Shown piece after piece: positions 28,698 to 38,029 of a stretch of DNA of 64,000 nt. The notes beneath the pieces are model-generated. The model ran no database searches and was not told the origin of the DNA. It saw only the letters and a program-made list of their open reading frames with translations. Where the stretch lies: IMG/VR virus record IMGVR_UViG_3300033145_003233, positions 124,001 through 188,000 of that record; one strand, 5' to 3'. A program made the position numbers and the translations under genes. Position 1 is the first letter of the stretch. Each line of letters starts with the position of its first letter.

Positions 28698-29110
28698 TAT
28701 ATATCCAATATATCAAATCTGCTCTCTACTGGTTCAGTAGTAATTAAAGGAATATCTTTTTTCTGTTCGGCAGTAGGGGCCATCTCTATTACAATAGGTT
28801 CTTTCGGCATAAATTGAAAATACCGTCCCTTATTTTCACAACCTGAAGCTATATCCCAACTTTTAAAAAATTTGCCTAAACAATCTCCCAAGAGTTCCCA
28901 ACTGGTATCTGTTGCTCTGAAGCCTTTAGGAAGATTTAAATCTGAACGAAGTATGTTAAGATATCCAGATGAGATAATAACTTTATACTTATCTACTAAT
29001 ATCTGATTAATAGTTTCTATACATGGAGACACTAATCCATCTAATAATGGAATCTCTTTTTCCATAAATATATTTTTGATATCTTCGGGAGTTACTTCTT
29101 TCATATCCAT
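28697..29110 (-). CDS. ITPxD-family paralog, tag SRFDILDI
   Basis: KEVTPEDI; tag. Confidence 0.8.
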   Translation of the reverse strand: MDMKEVTPEDIKNIFMEKEIPLLDGLVSPCIETINQILVDKYKVIISSGYLNILRSDLNLPKGFRATDTSWELLGDCLGKFFKSWDIASGCENKGRYFQFMPKEPIVIEMAPTAEQKKDIPLITTEPVESRFDILDI

Positions 29111-29178
29111 TCCCCATAAAATTATCCAAACTTATTATATACTAAATGTTTTCACTTTCAAATGTTTAATTGAGAAAC

Positions 29179-30417
29179 CTAGAGAAGAAATGCTAATTTA
29201 TAGTATTTAGATATGTTGTAGTCTATGTAGGGTAGATAGCTGTTTATGTCTATTTTGAGTGGGGTTATTTTTTTACCTATGTAAGATTCTAGGTGATATT
29301 GAGTAGTTTTAGTCCCGTATGAGTAGTGAAAATCTTCATGACAATTATGGCATAAACAGACAGTTTTTGATAATTCTTTGCTAATTTTACCGCGGCCTTC
29401 TTTGTGCATTATGCTTATTTTTTTATACTTTAAATCACTTTCTACGTGATGGAATAATAAGATAGCAGGATCGTTAATTTTACAATTTATACAAAATAGC
29501 GATTTTTTGAATTCCCAAATCATTAGATGGTTTCTGCATAAAGTTTTCTTATTAGTAGGAGAACGAAGATACCGTTTTATTAAAATATCTTCTCTCTCTT
29601 TAGAAGTTCCTATATGTATAATGGTATGACAATTCTTGCATTTAACCACCCCTTTTTTGAATTCTTTATTTATTCGCTCAATGCTGTGGCTACACATTTT
29701 TCTAATCGAATTATCTTTTTCTAAAGGATTTAAATGGTGGAAAGATAATTTGGTTATTTTTTTTTCTCCACAATCACATCCCTGAGTAGTCATGCGTTTT
29801 TTTATATCTTCCCATTTTATTGCCATTTTTGCTCTTTGGAGAGGCTTCTGTTTGTCCCACCATCTTTTTTTTATGAGTTTACTAACCTTTTCTTCTATTT
29901 GATCAGGAAAAGGAATGATGAAATATCTATATACCTTCTCTCTAGTTTTTTGGTGAATATGACATAAGTATTCTGCTTTCTGGCAAATATCATATGATCG
30001 TATTTTTAAGTATATGGAAGAATATTTTTCCATCCGTATATTATGTTGTTTTTTATTACGATTTTCTACAATTCTTTTTAATATCTTATTATGCTGAGTT
30101 AGATCTGAAGAGTACCAATGCTTGTAATATTTACTTCGTAAATCTCTTTTCTTATTGCAAATTTTTTCTTCTATTTGATCAGAAAAAGGAATGATAAAAT
30201 ATCTATATATTTTCTTTCTAGTTTTTTTATTAACTTCATAAAGAATTTCTGCTTTTACATCTATGTTATAAGATTTTATCTTATTATAAAATGGAGAATA
30301 TTGTTTTAACCATCTTTTGTCATTAGCTTTTTTTATGCTGTTCTTATACTTCTCGGGGTTTTCTTGTTGCCATTTTTTTTTATGTTGTAGTTGTTTTGAC
30401 TTATCTTTATATGCCAT
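29179..30417 (-). CDS. endonuclease with two HNH domains
   Basis: LSFHHL..VKCKNCHTIIH and LLFHHV..CLCHNCHEDFH; duplicated N-terminal segment. Confidence 0.82.
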   Translation of the reverse strand: MAYKDKSKQLQHKKKWQQENPEKYKNSIKKANDKRWLKQYSPFYNKIKSYNIDVKAEILYEVNKKTRKKIYRYFIIPFSDQIEEKICNKKRDLRSKYYKHWYSSDLTQHNKILKRIVENRNKKQHNIRMEKYSSIYLKIRSYDICQKAEYLCHIHQKTREKVYRYFIIPFPDQIEEKVSKLIKKRWWDKQKPLQRAKMAIKWEDIKKRMTTQGCDCGEKKITKLSFHHLNPLEKDNSIRKMCSHSIERINKEFKKGVVKCKNCHTIIHIGTSKEREDILIKRYLRSPTNKKTLCRNHLMIWEFKKSLFCINCKINDPAILLFHHVESDLKYKKISIMHKEGRGKISKELSKTVCLCHNCHEDFHYSYGTKTTQYHLESYIGKKITPLKIDINSYLPYIDYNISKYYKLAFLL

Positions 30418-30630
30418 ATAAATATATCGACATATAGATAAAAAATCTATTAATTATAGAGTGAAAAAATAGGTGGTTGGCAAAATAGGGTCCCAGGAAA
30501 GGATGTTAAGGGTAAGTATAAGTGTTCTCTGAAACTGGACGCCCACGGCACGGGGTAACGTAAAATGATTTTTCTGAGGAGTAATACTCCATTGTTCTAT
30601 CGAAAGTTTCGATTGAGTATATTATCCGTC

Positions 30631-31092
30631 TTATATGAGCATCTCCTGTAACTGCTGTAACCGTAAGTAGAACCCCCTGCAATGTATGGAGTCTATACCG
30701 AACCATGCCGTGTCAAGGTGGTGCATAATCTCATGGAGTAGAGTAGATATAGCCCCTTTGGGAGTTCTTACCTGTCGTCTCTTAGCTGTGAGTCTATATA
30801 CTTCTATCCATGACCTTTTACCCCTTATCCCTCTACTATGATAGACACCTTGAGTTTTTTCTCTCATAGTCTCTTTGCCTCTCTGTTTTTTGTGAGGCTG
30901 TATTCCCTGAAACTTGATAGGAATAGGTAATAAATCAAACCTGTCAAGGATACGGTCGCCCAGGATTTGCAACTGCTCTTCAGTAATAACAGATAGATTC
31001 CTAAATTCGTTATATAATCTCTTAACCAATTCAGAAAATTCTATCTTATCAGGAAGAGTCAATCTATTCGATTTTGTGTAGTTCGTTTCCAT
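30631..31092 (-). CDS. SprT-like zinc metalloprotease-domain protein
   Basis: TLLHEIMHH (HExxH) and downstream HCRGFY. Confidence 0.7.
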   Translation of the reverse strand: METNYTKSNRLTLPDKIEFSELVKRLYNEFRNLSVITEEQLQILGDRILDRFDLLPIPIKFQGIQPHKKQRGKETMREKTQGVYHSRGIRGKRSWIEVYRLTAKRRQVRTPKGAISTLLHEIMHHLDTAWFGIDSIHCRGFYLRLQQLQEMLI

Positions 31093-31230
31093 AATTTATA
31101 GAACCAAAAAACTGCTGGTCTGGAAAATTAAAAGGCTTTTAATTTTCTCCCCCTTATCAGACTACCTATTATCTGTTTTATCTCAACCTGAGCTAATCTG
31201 AGCCGTTCTGAGGCAAATTATAGCAGGTAT

Positions 31231-31527
31231 CTAATCACTTTTCAATATGTCTTTAAGATAAGCAAGGAGGATTTCTCTTGCTGCCTCATGGTCAAAGACT
31301 TCACAATCATTTTCTCCTGCTACAGAGATAACAAAGCAATTTTCATCATCAACGCCGCCTGAGTCGTCTGGAAACGGACGATGGATATGTTTTGCTTTGA
31401 CAGTTCCATAAATTAGAAGTTCATCAGTAGTAGAGATCGAAGTTCCTGTCGCAAAAGACGCTGCTATAGCTGCCTTTTTTAACTCTCCTGCCAATGTCTT
31501 TATTGCTTCTTTTGCTGTTTTGTTCAT
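31231..31527 (-). CDS. hypothetical protein
   Basis: co-oriented ORF. Confidence 0.7.
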   Translation of the reverse strand: MNKTAKEAIKTLAGELKKAAIAASFATGTSISTTDELLIYGTVKAKHIHRPFPDDSGGVDDENCFVISVAGENDCEVFDHEAAREILLAYLKDILKSD

Positions 31528-31736
31528 TTTTTGATTCCCTGTTTTTTCTTTTGTTTGTTTTTAATCCTTCTCATATCAATCGCAAACCGTATTTCGATAT
31601 AAAGATAACAAGCCACCCAAGCTATAATAGTAGCTATAGCAGGCAATGACTTTATGATTATCATGGTTGCAATTACTGTTAATACTACTTCTGAAAAACT
31701 CATTTTTTGATTCCTTATTAGGTTTTCACTTAACAA
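31524..31736 (-). CDS. hypothetical membrane protein
   Basis: hydrophobic segment. Confidence 0.65.
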   Translation of the reverse strand: MLSENLIRNQKMSFSEVVLTVIATMIIIKSLPAIATIIAWVACYLYIEIRFAIDMRRIKNKQKKKQGIKK

Positions 31737-31773
31737 TCTATAGGAAAGAAAAAACGTTGGTCTGGAAAAATAG

Positions 31774-31809
31774 AAAATAGCCTTGCAAGCTGTTTACCTG
31801 CAAGGCTAT
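31774..31809 (-). terminator. intrinsic terminator
   Basis: ATAGCCTTGCA/TGCAAGGCTAT stem then T run. Confidence 0.7.
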
Positions 31810-31824
31810 AGTTCCGTGAAAACC

Positions 31825-32502
31825 TTAGCCCATTTTGTATTGAGCCGTGTTTAGATGTATTCGGGTTATATTGCCGAGCAAATAATCTCTGACAATAATC
31901 GGTTTTTTCAAGCCTTGACGTTCGCCCTCTTTTTTCTTAGGGATAAACGACTTCGCAATTGCAAGGTCTGCGGCTGTGAGTTCGTCGCCCGTATCTTTGT
32001 AACGATAAACGGCGGGTTTCGTTCCCAATATAGCCACTTGCAAATAGTAATTGTGCTGATTGTCTTTGTTGGTATGTTCAACCAAAATTCTTGACAATTT
32101 GCCCGAATAAGGGTCTCTGACATGAGTTCCCCACTGTCGGCTTTTTGCCTTAAACGTCGCGGCTGAGTTTTCTGTCATTTCTTTGACTTCGCCCTCAAAC
32201 TGAGCAAGAATTTCCTCTGACACTCCTGCCTCTAAGCAAGCCTCTCTGACTTCGGCTGTGAGTTCCCTGCCTCTTGCATTGTTGACCATATTGGTATAGG
32301 AAAAACCAACAATACAATTCGTGATGGAGTCTTTGACAACCTGCTTGTGTAGAGGATTTCCCCTTTTGTTCATTTTGAGTTCGGTTGTTGATGACAACTG
32401 AATAAATGTTGTCCCGTTCACTCTGAGCAACCGTTCTCTCAAATCTGCCTGATTGATAACGATTGCAGAGTCTTTTGTTTTTACTGCTGTGATTTCTGCC
32501 AT
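31825..32502 (-). CDS. phage hypothetical protein
   Basis: 225 aa ORF with AAGGA RBS. Confidence 0.8.
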   Translation of the reverse strand: MAEITAVKTKDSAIVINQADLRERLLRVNGTTFIQLSSTTELKMNKRGNPLHKQVVKDSITNCIVGFSYTNMVNNARGRELTAEVREACLEAGVSEEILAQFEGEVKEMTENSAATFKAKSRQWGTHVRDPYSGKLSRILVEHTNKDNQHNYYLQVAILGTKPAVYRYKDTGDELTAADLAIAKSFIPKKKEGERQGLKKPIIVRDYLLGNITRIHLNTAQYKMG

Positions 32503-32758
32503 TTTTTCATTCCTTAAAAGGTTTTCACTTGGTTCTCACTTACTAATCTATAGAAGCTGAAAATCAAAGGTCTGGAAAATTAAATGATAGTATAATTACT
32601 CATTTTCTTCTTCTTGTTCTTTTCTTCCATATTCTGTCAATATGTTTGTTTATTGCTCTGTTTATCCTATTATCACAGAAAATAGGTATTGGAAAACCTT
32701 TTACACATTGCCAAGCATAGAATTTTATTTGTCCGAATGTTAATTTCATTTCTCTATT

Positions 32759-33238
32759 TTACACTTTTTCATTCATTATGTCAAGCCCTAAATTGGGATA
32801 TTTTGCCTCAAGATACTTTTTCACTCCTGCACTATATACAGTGGTTACTATTCTATAACTACCTTCCTTATCCCCTTTTAGACGATAGACGGTTTGAGTT
32901 TTGCACCATCTTTTCACTTGTGCCTTTTGTTTTTTCCTTGCTTGGTCTTGTTCTACTGCTTCTACAAGGTTTGTAACGAATATATCACAATCCGTATCTA
33001 TTCCTTTGGGCATCATTGTTGACGGTTTTCTTGCTTGTGATAATGTTCTGCAATGGGCATCAAGTTTTTCTTTTTCCCCTTGATTGAGATAGAAGTCAAC
33101 CATGCCACCACCTGCCGTATCTGTTACTGTTCCGATTCTTTTACCATCTAACCACAAAGAGCAGGAAAAGCCATAGCCTTCTCTACCTACGAAACTTTTA
33201 ACTGCTTTTACTGTATATCCCATTATTTTTTTACCCAT
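32759..33238 (-). CDS. hypothetical protein
   Basis: downstream of repeat copy 33279. Confidence 0.8.
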   Translation of the reverse strand: MGKKIMGYTVKAVKSFVGREGYGFSCSLWLDGKRIGTVTDTAGGGMVDFYLNQGEKEKLDAHCRTLSQARKPSTMMPKGIDTDCDIFVTNLVEAVEQDQARKKQKAQVKRWCKTQTVYRLKGDKEGSYRIVTTVYSAGVKKYLEAKYPNLGLDIMNEKV

Positions 33239-33288
33239 TGTCTTATCCTTTTTATTCTATCCCGCAGAAAAATCGTTGGTCTGGAAAA

Positions 33289-33483
33289 TTAGGCATCTAC
33301 CACTTCGACATCGCCAGGGTCAGTACCTAAATCTTCGAGTTCTTCGAGTTCGTCAACTATGATAACCGGGTTTCCTTCTGAGGCAAACTGATGGATATTT
33401 TCAGCATCATCTTCTATAGCTGAGGCATCGTCTGCTAGTTTCATCGCATAATAATTGCCGCTCATTCTTGTTACTCTAAACAT
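33289..33483 (-). CDS. acidic hypothetical protein
   Basis: stop TAA is first triplet of repeat. Confidence 0.7.
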   Translation of the reverse strand: MFRVTRMSGNYYAMKLADDASAIEDDAENIHQFASEGNPVIIVDELEELEDLGTDPGDVEVVDA

Positions 33484-33486
33484 TTT

Positions 33487-33741
33487 TTACTCCATTTCTT
33501 TTTTTAACCTGTTAAAAACTCTTACTGAAATATGACTCCAATGCTCTCCGTTCTCTTCTAGGTCGAATAAAATAGCCACATAGTCTGGATATAACGGTTT
33601 GAATTCAGGATCTAGACAATATCCTACAACATTATGTCGTTTTATCCAAGCTAATAATTTATCATCATCTACAAATACTCCGTTAGGTATATCAGCATTA
33701 TAATTTCCATATCTGAAAGCATTTGGTGGTAATTCTTGCAT
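33487..33741 (-). CDS. hypothetical protein (leaderless-type start)
   Basis: ATG 25 nt after CCAGAC. Confidence 0.75.
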   Translation of the reverse strand: MQELPPNAFRYGNYNADIPNGVFVDDDKLLAWIKRHNVVGYCLDPEFKPLYPDYVAILFDLEENGEHWSHISVRVFNRLKKEME

Positions 33742-33776
33742 AATCTATACAAGCTGTTTTTTGTTTGTCTGGAAAG

Positions 33777-34064
33777 TTAAAACCCACTTTTTCTCCAATC
33801 AACAGTAGGTATTGTAATGCTAGTTATTTTCTTTTCAAAATCGAGGTTTATTTCTAAATCATATAATTCTGACCAATAAGATACATATATGCTTTGTCCA
33901 GATGGAAGAGCTGCTTCAGAATAATGGACCATCTGGAAAACTATTCCTGACATATAAAGAAAGTCTCCATTCTTATATTTTTCTTCTAGTTCTTCTGGAG
34001 TTAAAGCCCTGATATGCTTTATAAAATGTGAGGCTAGTTGTCTGGTTTCAATTATCTTTGCCAT
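33777..34064 (-). CDS. hypothetical protein
   Basis: start trimmed to MAKII; stop in repeat. Confidence 0.7.
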   Translation of the reverse strand: MAKIIETRQLASHFIKHIRALTPEELEEKYKNGDFLYMSGIVFQMVHYSEAALPSGQSIYVSYWSELYDLEINLDFEKKITSITIPTVDWRKSGF

Positions 34065-34300
34065 TAGTTTTCCCTTTGCAACCAATGTTGTCTAGGTCGT
34101 CCTTCTTCTGGTAAATCTCCAAATCCCATTCCTTCTGCTGCTGCTCCGATAAGATTACTATTAACTACTGACCTATCTTTCATTTCTTTTGTAAAACGAG
34201 GTGGAGCACTTCGTCTGCATTGCCAGCATAATTCCGAGACAGAAGTAGTGTCTCTTCCACAACCTAAGCAACAAAATATTGGATCTGGTTTCTTACTCAT
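34064..34300 (-). CDS. CxxC hypothetical protein
   Basis: CLGC/CWQC; ATG 25 nt after repeat. Confidence 0.72.
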   Translation of the reverse strand: MSKKPDPIFCCLGCGRDTTSVSELCWQCRRSAPPRFTKEMKDRSVVNSNLIGAAAEGMGFGDLPEEGRPRQHWLQREN

Positions 34301-34335
34301 AATTTATACCAGTTGAAAATTATTTGTCTGGAAAG

Positions 34336-34704
34336 TTAGCTTCCTACATTCGGCATTGGAAATTGTGTATCCCATTTTCTCTTTCTCACAATATCTAACG
34401 GGTCTAAAAGAACATTGCCATTTTGTGTCCAGACATCAATATCACAAAAAGCAGAAGAGGTTACAAGACCTGCTAATCCTACCCCTTCTAGATGATTAGT
34501 TTCTAATACTACATGAGGTCTGAAAAAACAGTCTCCCCAGACAAACTGATGAATCATCTTCGATCCATATTTGATTTTCGTATCCCTTATTGCCCCAACA
34601 AAAGATACTACTCCTTCATCAGCCTTTTGGACAATCATTCTCAGGGGAATATGTATCCCATTTTCCCCTACCATCATTCTAGTTGCTACATCACTTCCAA
34701 GCAT
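34336..34704 (-). CDS. hypothetical protein
   Basis: between two repeat copies. Confidence 0.75.
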   Translation of the reverse strand: MLGSDVATRMMVGENGIHIPLRMIVQKADEGVVSFVGAIRDTKIKYGSKMIHQFVWGDCFFRPHVVLETNHLEGVGLAGLVTSSAFCDIDVWTQNGNVLLDPLDIVRKRKWDTQFPMPNVGS

Positions 34705-34852
34705 TTTTATTCCCTTTTTATTCTATACTTTTAATTTTTCATTTGTCTGGAAATTTGATGAATTAGGTAATATTACTGGTTCTTCTCTATCTTTTCTAGC
34801 TTGTTGTTCTATTTGTTGTTGAGCTAGTTGTATTTCTTCTTCTGGGGTTAAA

Positions 34853-35110
34853 TTATTCATTTGGAAATTTCTTCTTAACTAGTTTATCTTTGTAACAATC
34901 TTCACAAACAGCCACATGACCTTTTTTAACTAGTTCTTGTGCTCTTTTATCATCATAAAAGCCCTCTTGGTCTATCCATAGGAGTTTCTCAGACTGTTCT
35001 ATCTCACCGCATATATCGCAGCAATTAAGACCCATATCTCCCAGGGCATTTCTTTCCTCATCTGTTATATCTTTAATATTAAGATAGATTAGTTCTTTTC
35101 TAGTTCTCAT
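34853..35110 (-). CDS. CxxC hypothetical protein
   Basis: CDIC/CEDC. Confidence 0.72.
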   Translation of the reverse strand: MRTRKELIYLNIKDITDEERNALGDMGLNCCDICGEIEQSEKLLWIDQEGFYDDKRAQELVKKGHVAVCEDCYKDKLVKKKFPNE

Positions 35111-35113
35111 TAG

Positions 35114-35329
35114 TTACCCCGGATGAATTATTATATCGCTTGTGTGTAATACATATTGGAAAGTAAAATCACAACCACAATTTTCACAATACCCTGATAA
35201 ATACAACATTGTCCTATTGTGTTGTAAAGTAGGACGATTTAAGTGTAGGTGTTTATCTTCTGATTTACAAGAGGGACAATTTCTATCGCCTCTTTCGTCT
35301 CTATAAATTTTTATTTCTCTTAATGCCAT
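35114..35329 (-). CDS. zinc-ribbon hypothetical protein
   Basis: CPSC/CENC; ATG 25 nt after repeat. Confidence 0.72.
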   Translation of the reverse strand: MALREIKIYRDERGDRNCPSCKSEDKHLHLNRPTLQHNRTMLYLSGYCENCGCDFTFQYVLHTSDIIIHPG

Positions 35330-35364
35330 AATCTATAGAAAAGATTTTTCATCTGTCTGGAAAT

Positions 35365-35811
35365 TTAGCCAAACTCATAACAGCCATCATCAATCCATCT
35401 TTTTTTAGGAATTTTCCACTTAATATCAGGATTGCCCATAAAAGCAATTACCATCCAAAACCTAACCCACATTCCCACATACATAGCAACCTCTTGTTGT
35501 TTACTGTCTGGATTAAGCCACAAATCCTCCTGAAAGTGTTCATAGGTATAATTTGTTGAGCCATACCATTTCGGCGCAGTGGGTAAATCTAACACTTCTT
35601 TGATTTTCTCCCAAGGGTATCTGACATCACCTATTTCTTTGATAAAGAATTTAGTAGGATCAAAGCCAATTATTTCTTTACCTGCTTTATAGGCTTTTGT
35701 TAACTCGTGTTCATCTACGTTGGATAGAACAACGATAGTTTCATACCTACCATGTCCATCTCCCCATCTATCGCCAACTGTAAATGATATGATAAAGTCA
35801 TCCGTTTTCAT
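35365..35811 (-). CDS. hypothetical protein
   Basis: stop in repeat. Confidence 0.78.
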   Translation of the reverse strand: MKTDDFIISFTVGDRWGDGHGRYETIVVLSNVDEHELTKAYKAGKEIIGFDPTKFFIKEIGDVRYPWEKIKEVLDLPTAPKWYGSTNYTYEHFQEDLWLNPDSKQQEVAMYVGMWVRFWMVIAFMGNPDIKWKIPKKRWIDDGCYEFG

Positions 35812-36166
35812 AATGGTCTATTGCTCCTTCATCACACTTCTGATTACGAATACAGTCTGAGCATTTCGTGATAGGTGCTTTCCCATAATAAATACAATCT
35901 TCCCAAGTGCAAGTAAACCTCATAGCTTTGTGGATAGACTGAACATCTTTTCTCATCTGTTTTATGTCTTTTTCTATTGTTGATACTCTATCTATGTATT
36001 TATCATAGAATACAAATAGTGTAACAACAAAAACTATTGACCCGCAGAGAGAGACATATAAAAATACGTCTACAGGAATAAATGCGATAGGTAATTCTGG
36101 ACATGAGAAAATAGCTAATAAAAGAACAATAGCAAACCACCATTTATATATTTTATCTAAGCTCAT
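35798..36166 (-). CDS. membrane protein with Cys-rich C-terminus
   Basis: two TM helices; C..C..C..C. Confidence 0.75.
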   Translation of the reverse strand: MSLDKIYKWWFAIVLLLAIFSCPELPIAFIPVDVFLYVSLCGSIVFVVTLFVFYDKYIDRVSTIEKDIKQMRKDVQSIHKAMRFTCTWEDCIYYGKAPITKCSDCIRNQKCDEGAIDHYENG

Positions 36167-36206
36167 ATTTTATCTTATTAAAAAACCTTTTGTCTGGAAA
36201 AATAAT

Positions 36207-36480
36207 GCCGGTTGGTGCCCGTTCTCTTAAGGGAGCGCCAGTTACCCCCGAAAAAGCCACTAGCAAGCACCAACCGGCTCTCTAATCGCGGGAGCATTGC
36301 CCCAGCGAGGTTACAATACGACTCTCCCTGCCGACCCATGCCAGCAGGGAGAGTTTCAACTACCTTACGTTTCCAAACGTTTCCGACATTGCTAAGAAGA
36401 GATTATATCGAAGGCCGATTTAATTGACTACAGCTTGTCAGGGGAAATCGACTAAAAAACCATCAAGCCTGCCGAATCTC
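36207..36480. ncRNA. candidate structured non-coding RNA
   Basis: GC-enriched island with perfect 12-bp (36207-18/36267-78) and 11-bp (36321-31/36344-54) stems. Confidence 0.45.
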
Positions 36481-36618
36481 TAATAATATTCTCTAATCAG
36501 TGTAAGAATTTTCGTTTACCGCATCATAGCCTCCTTTCGAGTCCGTTTGAAGTTTCGATATTAACTTGTTATTTGTTCTCTACTCTTTATTGGGTAAAGA
36601 AATTGATTGTCTGGAAAA

Positions 36619-36786
36619 TTATAAATCTTCTCTGATAACTTCTTCTACTTCTTCTTCAGTGTAACCTGTTGCCTGTGCTATAGCTTCTATATACATTGAA
36701 GCAGAATCAGGTATAGACTTTAACATCCACTTTGCTTGTTTATAATCTTTGTGATCTCTTATTTTTTCTTTGTCAAATTTATCCAT
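36619..36786 (-). CDS. 55 aa hypothetical protein missing from track
   Basis: MDKFDKEK..; GGA RBS; stop in repeat. Confidence 0.65.
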   Translation of the reverse strand: MDKFDKEKIRDHKDYKQAKWMLKSIPDSASMYIEAIAQATGYTEEEVEEVIREDL

Positions 36787-36788
36787 TT

Positions 36789-37109
36789 TTAATCCTTCTC
36801 TCTAGGTTTTCCACGACTTATACCTGCTCCTAACATAGCAGCTTCTTTTTGTGGAGAAGTGCCAAAATCCCAACATGCTCTTGAATCACATTCTTTGATG
36901 AGTTTCTTTATTTGTTCCAAGTTAGATACATTATACTCAACATTAAGCCCTCCCTCAGTAATGTTCGCATATATGTTTAACTTGTCCAGTTTTTTCTGGA
37001 GTTTGACAGCATTAAGATATTTTATTCTAGAGACAAAGATTCTCCTTTGTCTCGCCTCTTCCAATATCTCTATTGCTTTGGGATTGATTTTCTTATCTTT
37101 ATCACTCAT
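36789..37109 (-). CDS. hypothetical protein
   Basis: ATG 25 nt after repeat. Confidence 0.72.
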   Translation of the reverse strand: MSDKDKKINPKAIEILEEARQRRIFVSRIKYLNAVKLQKKLDKLNIYANITEGGLNVEYNVSNLEQIKKLIKECDSRACWDFGTSPQKEAAMLGAGISRGKPREKD

Positions 37110-37287
37110 ATTCTATCCCAGTAATTTTTCTTTTGTCTGGAAAATTAGCAGAGGGGCAAGTTTGAGGGCATAAATAAGAGGTTATTCCTTCTTCTGATAT
37201 TAACACTATCATATACCAGCCTCTTTTACATTTTCCATCTTTGATCTCTTTATATCGGCATTCTTTTTCGGTGTCAAAGGTCTCCAT
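37102..37287 (-). CDS. Cys-containing hypothetical protein
   Basis: reads through repeat copy 37135. Confidence 0.6.
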   Translation of the reverse strand: METFDTEKECRYKEIKDGKCKRGWYMIVLISEEGITSYLCPQTCPSANFPDKRKITGIEYE

Positions 37288-37320
37288 AACCTTTGATTTA
37301 ACTTTTTATTTTATATCCCT

Positions 37321-37575
37321 CTAAATTACTTCAAACCAACTACAAAGAACATTAAAAGAACAATGTCCGCTTGTAAATTCCATACATTCAATGAACATTC
37401 CATTACCTGAACACATCTTTTTAACTAATGTCGATGTCTCATCACTGATATAAACTTTTTCGGTGTGGCCTGCTTTTACTACTTCGGTGTAAGGTGCGGT
37501 GGTATCATCGGCTGATTCATAGATGGTCAGTGTTACATCTTGTCTCCATCTTATTCGCATTTTTCTACCTCCCAA
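37321..37575 (-). CDS. hypothetical protein
   Basis: co-oriented ORF. Confidence 0.7.
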   Translation of the reverse strand: MGGRKMRIRWRQDVTLTIYESADDTTAPYTEVVKAGHTEKVYISDETSTLVKKMCSGNGMFIECMEFTSGHCSFNVLCSWFEVI

Positions 37576-37787
37576 TGATTGATTGCCCCGGAAAATTCTC
37601 TATTCATCATATTACAGATTTCACGGGCAAACTCATAAGAGAATTTTGTAGTTCCGTAATCTTTGAACCCTGTCAATTTTGATTCCCAGTATATCCTATA
37701 CATGGGAGGTTTATTCTCTTTCGCCACCCCGATATTAGTCAACATCAGAACAAATATTACTACAAATATTGCTATAAGCCTTTTCAT
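37551..37787 (-). CDS. hypothetical exported protein
   Basis: signal-peptide-like N-terminus. Confidence 0.7.
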   Translation of the reverse strand: MKRLIAIFVVIFVLMLTNIGVAKENKPPMYRIYWESKLTGFKDYGTTKFSYEFAREICNMMNREFSGAINHWEVEKCE

Positions 37788-37822
37788 ATTCTATCCAATC
37801 ATTTTTTTGTTTGTCTGGAAAA

Positions 37823-38029
37823 TTAATCAGGTTCGACTGTTTCTACAAAACTATACTGCTTGCCACCCTTGTAGGTGTCATTACGAGAGGATATAAGAAC
37901 ATGATGTCCTACATATCTTTTATCCAGAGGATTTATAACCTCATAGATATTATATGGAACATCCATTGCATTAGCATAGGTCTGTGCTCTTTTTCTGGTA
38001 GCTGCTAAGGTAGATATAGTAATACTCAT
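37823..38029 (-). CDS. hypothetical protein
   Basis: stop in repeat. Confidence 0.7.
   Translation of the reverse strand: MSITISTLAATRKRAQTYANAMDVPYNIYEVINPLDKRYVGHHVLISSRNDTYKGGKQYSFVETVEPD

Noticed and set aside
12469-29110. Tag as a nucleotide repeat (attC-like site or RBS for the next gene)
   Set aside because: Always in frame at C-termini, with extensive synonymous variation, and it persists when followed by extra residues; not self-complementary.
36207-36600. tmRNA or RNase P RNA
   Set aside because: No tRNA-Ala-like termini or tag reading frame, and no RNase P P4 consensus recognisable by eye.
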